A stretch of 64,000 nucleotides of DNA from Macrostomum lignano (lineage: Eukaryota). The notes beneath the pieces were generated by a model. The model saw only the letters and a list, made by a program, of their open reading frames with translations, was not told the DNA's origin and ran no database searches. Where the stretch lies: assembly GCA_002269645.1 (NCBI GenBank), contig NIVC01002126.1, positions 1 to 64,000 of the forward strand. Reading direction: 5' to 3'. This document shows, one piece after another, positions 58,490 through 64,000 of this stretch. Made by a program: the position numbers and the translations under genes. The number at the start of each line of letters is the position of its first letter. Positions within the stretch are counted from its first letter, which is position 1.

Positions 58490-60611
58490 ATTCAGATGTG
58501 CAATAATTAATAATATAAATTCAACTCTGTGCTCAAGTGGCCTATAGTGCATAGCTGTGATTGAATACAAGAGGAAAACGTATTGTTTGGACGGTTCTGA
58601 CATAAATTCGGAATATTAAATTATAGACTTGAATGGATAAGACTGGCTGATGTTGTTTATTATTACACTGGATCACAGATCGTTTATCTCCTCTTTTTCT
58701 TTCCCTCTGTCTCACTGTGCGCCTGTATCCTGAGTACAAAATCTGCGAATAAGGATCTCAATGCTATCTGTGTTAAATTCTTAACTATGATTATTATTTG
58801 CATGTCGGTAATGATTAACAATATGGTATTTGCAGTATTAGTAAGACCTGTATAATTAAATGCTGCACATTATGCATCCCTTTCTTCAGCATTTTTCTGA
58901 GCAGTTCCCCTTTCAACTTAAGGCTGACTTCCCTTTTGCCCTTTTTCCCACCTCCCATTGTCCCATCTTCGCCTGTTTTTCCATCTCCACCTCCTGTATT
59001 CCGATCTCCCTATCCTATTTTCCGATCCCCACCTCCCAGTTTTCCCATCTCCACCTCCTGTATTCCGATCTCCCTATCCTATTTTCCGATCCCCACCTCC
59101 CAGTTTTCCCATCTCCACCTCCTATTGTCCCATCTCCACCTCCCAGTTTTCCCATCCCCACCTCCCATTGTCCCATCCCCACCTCCCATTGTCCCATCCC
59201 CACCTCCCACTTTTCCCATCTTTACCTCCCATTGTCCCATCCCCACCTCCCAGTTTTCCCATCCCCACCTCCCAGTTTTCCCATCCCACCTCCCACTTTT
59301 CCCATCCCCACCTCCCAGTTTTCCCATCCCACCTCCCACTTTTCCCATCCCCACCTCCCAGTTTTCCCATCCCCACCTCCACTTTTCCCATCTTTACCTC
59401 CCATTGTCCCATCCCCACCTCCCACTTTTCCCATCTTTACCTCCCATTGTCCCATCCCCACCTCCCAGTTTTCCCATCCCCACCTCCCACTTTTCCCACC
59501 CCCACCTCCCAGTTTTCCCATCTTCACCTCCCATTGTCCCATCTCAACCTTCCAGTTTTCCCATCTCCACCTCCCATTGTCCCATCCCCACCTCCCAATT
59601 TTCCCATCTTTACCTCCCATTGTCCCATCCCCACCTTCCAGTTTTCCCATTTTTACCTCCCATTGTCCCATCTCCACCTTCCAGTTTTCCCATCTTTACC
59701 TCCCATTGTCCCATCTCCACCTTCCAAATTTTCCCATCTTTACCTCCCATTGTCCCATCTCCACCTTCCAGTTTTCCCATTTTTACCTCCCATTGTCCCA
59801 TCTTCACCTTCCAGTTTTCTTATCTTTACCTCCCATTGTCCCATCTCCACCTTCCAGTTTTCCCATCTTTACCTCCCATTGTCCCATCTCCACCTTCCAG
59901 TTTTCCCATCTTTACCTCCCATTGTCCCATCCCCACCTCCCAGTTTTCCCATTTTTACCTCCCATTGTCCCATCTCCACCTTCCAGTTTTCCCATCTTTA
60001 CCTCCCATTGTCCCATCCCCACCTCCCAGTTTTCCCATTTTTACCTCCCATTGTCCCATCCCCACCTCCCAGTTTTCCCATCTTTACCTCCCATTGTCCC
60101 ATCCCCACCTCCCAGTTTTCCCATCTTTACCTCCCATTGTCCCATCCCCACCTCCCAGTTTTCCCATTTTTACCTCCCATTGTCCCATCCCCACCTTCCA
60201 GTTTTCCCATCTTTACCTCCCATTGTCCCATCCCCACCTCCCAGTTTTCCCATCTTTACCTCCCATTGTCCCATCTCCACCTTCCAGTTTTCCCATCTTT
60301 ACCTCCTGTTTTCAAATCTCTATCTCTAGTCTCCTGTTTTGCCATATCCAACTCCTGTTCTCCCATCCCATTTCCATCTCGAACATCTCTTTTCCCATTT
60401 TTTTACCTCCTTTTATGCTTTACCTTCGTTAACTTTTGTTTGTTTTCCAGATGACTTCGCAGCCTACAGGAAACTCGTTCGCTGTCCAATTCCTTACAAA
60501 AGCCAACAGACAGTGGCTGCTGCTGCAGCCGCCGCAGGTTCAGTTAATAGTCCAGACTCTGGCTATGTTAGTCCGCAGAATGCGTCCCAGCCAAACGGTG
60601 CCAATCGTTGA
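56455..60611 (+). CDS. MAX-dimerization (MXD/Mad/MNT-like) bHLH-ZIP transcriptional repressor; 5 exons, 355 aa
   Basis: Exons 56455-56638, 56740-57028, 57816-57924, 58012-58336, 60451-60611 (GT-AG, phases consistent). N-terminal Sin3-interaction-like helix LVLLYDAAMLLEQ; basic region RTSHNELEKIR|RAKLR; HLH ...RVTMLTVLKRACTFVK; coiled-coil zipper DLEQKSEEQRAQLRQLERRRMEL. Confidence 0.85.
57490..57770. repeat. ~50-bp tandem repeat (GGGATCAGAATCCCAGAATCCATATTCGGGCTGTGAAAATTGG...) in MXD intron 2
   Basis: About 5-6 imperfect copies. Confidence 0.85.
58340..58490. repeat. Compound (CTGT)n/(TA)n/(TCTA)n microsatellite at the start of MXD intron 4
   Basis: Direct repetition. Confidence 0.9.
58940..60305. 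repeat. C/T-rich ~21/43-bp minisatellite in MXD intron 4
   Basis: CCCATTGTCCCATCTCCACCTTCCAGTTTTCCCATCTTTACCT-like units. Confidence 0.92.
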
Positions 60612-61014
60612 GTTTTATTAATTATATCGTTCGATCGGTTTAAGCATAGTAAGCATAACAATTGACCTGAATGACGGATTGGCTGGTTCTCTATCTTAGC
60701 TTATTCATTGTTTTGTTCTTTGTGTTTTATTAGACTGTTCACCGACTGTACCTGCGAATGCTCTGCAGTGTTGCATGCCTAACTTTGGATGGCCAGGGAC
60801 TACTCAAACACCGGGACGGGAAACTAGGAATTTTTTACGAGGCTGGTCTTTTATCAGCAGTAGAAAATAACCATAGACAACAAAGTAACACAGCATCTCT
60901 CTAATGAAAATAATTTCCAGCCAGCCTCGTAAAAATTTTAGTTTCCCGTCCCGATGTTTGAGTAGTCCCTGGTATGGCATTGCAGTTTTCAACCGTCTGT
61001 TACTGGTTTTTTCT

Positions 61015-61290
61015 TCTCTCTCCCCCTCCCCCCTCATCTCTTCTCTCTCCTCCTCTCATCTCTTCTCCCTCCCCTCATCTCTTTTCTCCACTCAATTCTT
61101 CCTCTCTATCCTCTTCTCTCTCCCCTCACCTCTTCCTTCCTCTTCTGCTCATCTCCTCTCCATTTATCTCTTCTCTTTCCTGTCCTTATCTCTTCTTTCT
61201 CCCCTCATTTCCTCTCTCCTCTTCTCTCTCTCGCTCATCTCTTTCTTCGTTTTCTGCTCATCTCTCCATTCATTTCTTCTCTCCCACATC
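61015..61290. repeat. CT-rich low-complexity tract
   Basis: Polypyrimidine composition. Confidence 0.8.
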
Positions 61291-63317
61291 TCTTCCTCTC
61301 GTATTTATCGTATCGTATTGCATATTTTTCTACTTTTTGCAAGTCCAATTCTAAACCTCTACCGTATGATATACTACTGACAACTGAATGCAGCCAATAA
61401 GTAGGCTTTTTGTATTTAATATTTTGCTAATTGTCGTGAAAAACACAGTAAATCTACGATTTGCGTTGTTTTTTAACCTGACTGACAGGCAACTGTTACC
61501 TTGATGACGTCATGATTATACTCATTCGTATTCAACGATGTTGTTAATTGTATATGCTATCAATAAACTTATAGATAATCTTTAACGTACTTCTTTTAGT
61601 CAATCTGCATGTACTTGTAGTGACAGTGTGTATTATGCTCCGCAGTAATTTAAAACATACAATTTTTAATAGCCCAAGTTTTCAGTGTTATACTCTCAAG
61701 AGTTTCAGAAGACGGCATTTTTACAGGACATGATTGAACACTATTATCAGGGCTATGTACTAAGCTATTATGATACTACTGGAAGTGTGATAAATTCCAT
61801 TTATTAGTTTACTAAGTTATTTTATTTATGAACTAAAAACAGCTGTTTGATTCTGGTATTTTTTCTTACTTTGTTATGTAACCCCTAAGAAAATTTTTCT
61901 ATTGCAATAATTGATTTTCTTTTTCAATCACCTGTCTGCAATTGTATTGAATGGATTGACTAATTATTAATATTAATCAGTGACTTCTCTACCGCTTGTT
62001 TGTCTGAAAAAAACACAATTTTAAATACACAGTAGCAGTCCTTATGCGTGACTTACGCGCAAACAGTATGGAATTAATTATTTTACACAACATATCGGTA
62101 AATTGAAAAAAACACAAGTCCAAGAACAATGGCAAATTATTAACTGAATAAATATTTGTAGATCTTTTAGCCGTCACACAAAAAGGGTAAATTGCACAAT
62201 TTATTACCAATAGAAGTTTTAGTCATTCTAGTCTACAGTGCTACTTACAGTAAGTAGTAGGCCCCAGCAGTGATAATTCAGTAAAATGACATTAGGAACA
62301 GGTAGCTCTCTTTATTGAAGATGCAGCACATTCACATTAGTGCACAGAACAATATTGCTTCACCAAAAATTCGCATTATTTTTCTACCTACTACTAGACA
62401 AAAAATCGGGCAAATTAAGTAGTATATAGCGGTTGCGATAGATACGATATCTTTTGGAACCGAAGAAAGCGTCAGTAATAATGAAACTATAACAAAAGAC
62501 AACTATTGTACCACATGTAGACCTTAGTTAATGAAGCGATAAGCATAATGTATCGGAGTAAAAAATTGTAATGTAATGGTAATGTAACAATTTATTGCAT
62601 TTCTGTTGACTGTTAAAGAAGAAAAAGCTTCAGAAACAGCATATGGCGACCGGAACTACAATAAATTTTAAAATATCAAATTGCGACGGTTGGAAGCTGT
62701 TTCTACAAATAGAGAATGTAAATTAACTATATGCATGCACTATTGTATAGGGATAGGCCAATTACCATATTTAGCTGTTGTAAACAAAATTGCTGAAAAA
62801 TACGCCATTCATTTACGTTTTTGCTGGCACTAGATTGCGTAATAGAGTCTTGCAGCTGATAAAAAATAGATCGGAATAGATTACTTTCTACCTATTTTCA
62901 CCTATTCCTACCTATTGCGTACTAGGTAGAACGCAAGCAAGCGTCTAAGACAGTAAAAACTAGAAAGCAGAACTGAGCACAGATATTTAGCTGTCGAGTC
63001 TTGGACAGACTAGATAACTCATTATTGTATTTATATCAACTTTGTGACCGTTACGAAAGCATTGTAAATTCTTTTCAAGTAAATTCAGTGATAATAAAAA
63101 TTAATTACCCAGTATAGATGTAAACTTGGCGATTTGTATATTAACAACCAAAGCGTTGAATAAAGCATAGTTAGTTAAAAATGTATGAAAAAGTTATTAT
63201 TGAAAGCTGTTAATCTACTTTATTGTTTGGCTTATCATTGGTTGCCATTAGTTATATTTAGCAATTGCAGTGAGTTTGGCAAGCGACTGAACAGAGAAGA
63301 GTGTAAATTAAGTAGTC

Positions 63318-63885
63318 TTAGATAGGCTGGCTAGGGTAAGAGGGGTGGCTGATATGGGGTCAGGGAGCGAGTGTACACTGAGTCTTAGATTGGCTGGCAG
63401 GGTTAAGAGGGGTGACTGATTTGGGGGTCAGGGAGCGAGTGTACACCGAGTCTTTGATTGGCTGGCTAGGTTAAGAGGGGTGGCTGATATGGGGTCAGGG
63501 AGCGAGTGTACACTGAGTCTTTGATTGGCTGGCTAGGGTAAGAGGGGTGGCTGATATGGGGTCAGGAAGCGAGTGTACACTGAGTCTTTGATTGGCTGGC
63601 AGGGGTAAGAGGGGTGGCTGATATGGGGTCAGGAAGCGAGTGTACACTGAGTCTTTGATTGGCTGGCAGGGGTAAGAGGGGTGGCTGATATGGGGTCAGG
63701 AAGCGAGTGTACACTGAGTCTTTGATTGGCTGGCAGGGGTAAGAGGGGTGGCTGATATGGGGTCAGGAAGCGAGTGTACACTGAGTCTTTGATTGGCTGG
63801 CAGGGGTAAGAGGGGTGGCTGATATGGGGTCAGGAAGCGAGTGTACACTGAGTCTTTGATTGGCTGGCAGGGTTAAGAGGGGTAG
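63318..63885. repeat. 67-bp tandem repeat
   Basis: About 8.5 copies of GGGTAAGAGGGGTGGCTGATATGGGGTCAGGAAGCGAGTGTACACTGAGTCTTTGATTGGCTGGCAG. Confidence 0.93.
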
Positions 63886-64000
63886 TTGACTTAGTGGGTC
63901 AAGCAAATTTTAGATGCAGTTTTCCCCTAAAAAAACCACACAGATGATTAATGTTGCCTTTATTATATGGTATGATACAATGACCGGCACAGCCAAGCAC

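Noticed and set aside
58860-60454. Three ~490-aa Pro/Ser/Phe-rich ORFs
   Set aside because: All three frames are open across a C/T-rich repeat inside intron 4 of the MXD-like gene.
61300-63310. Gene in the AT-rich tail of the window
   Set aside because: No convincing ORF, splice pattern or compositional signal; treated as MXD 3'UTR/intergenic DNA.

Overview
Eukaryotic (animal) genomic DNA with spliceosomal GT-AG introns, GC-rich exons and a very high load of mini/microsatellites. The style suggests an invertebrate such as a free-living flatworm (inference only). Six host genes can be assembled by hand: (1) a ZNFX1-like SF1 RNA helicase with NF-X1 zinc fingers (minus strand, 9 exons, runs off the window start); (2) an intronless PLAC8/cornifelin-family gene; (3) an intronless Shisa/VOPP1-like membrane protein with PY motifs; (4) a bacterial-type enolase-superfamily enzyme (cis-3-hydroxy-L-proline dehydratase-like) with two introns and a 1-bp frameshift; (5) a 2-exon myosuppressin/DMS-receptor-like GPCR; (6) a 5-exon MXD/MNT-like bHLH-ZIP repressor. 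Mobile DNA: a full-length but disabled Ty3/Gypsy element (165-bp LTRs, GTTC TSD, tRNA-Leu PBS, -1 frameshift site with pseudoknot), two hAT MITEs, a Harbinger-like MITE, two CORE-like SINE copies, and a putative retroelement tail fused to a broken second PLAC8 copy. Much of the rest is tandem repeat, including a 5.2-kb 36-bp satellite with higher-order structure. The most notable signals are the intron-bearing bacterial-type dehydratase (HGT candidate), the Gypsy frameshift pseudoknot and the duplicated, disrupted PLAC8 locus. All protein assignments come from motif recognition, not database searches.
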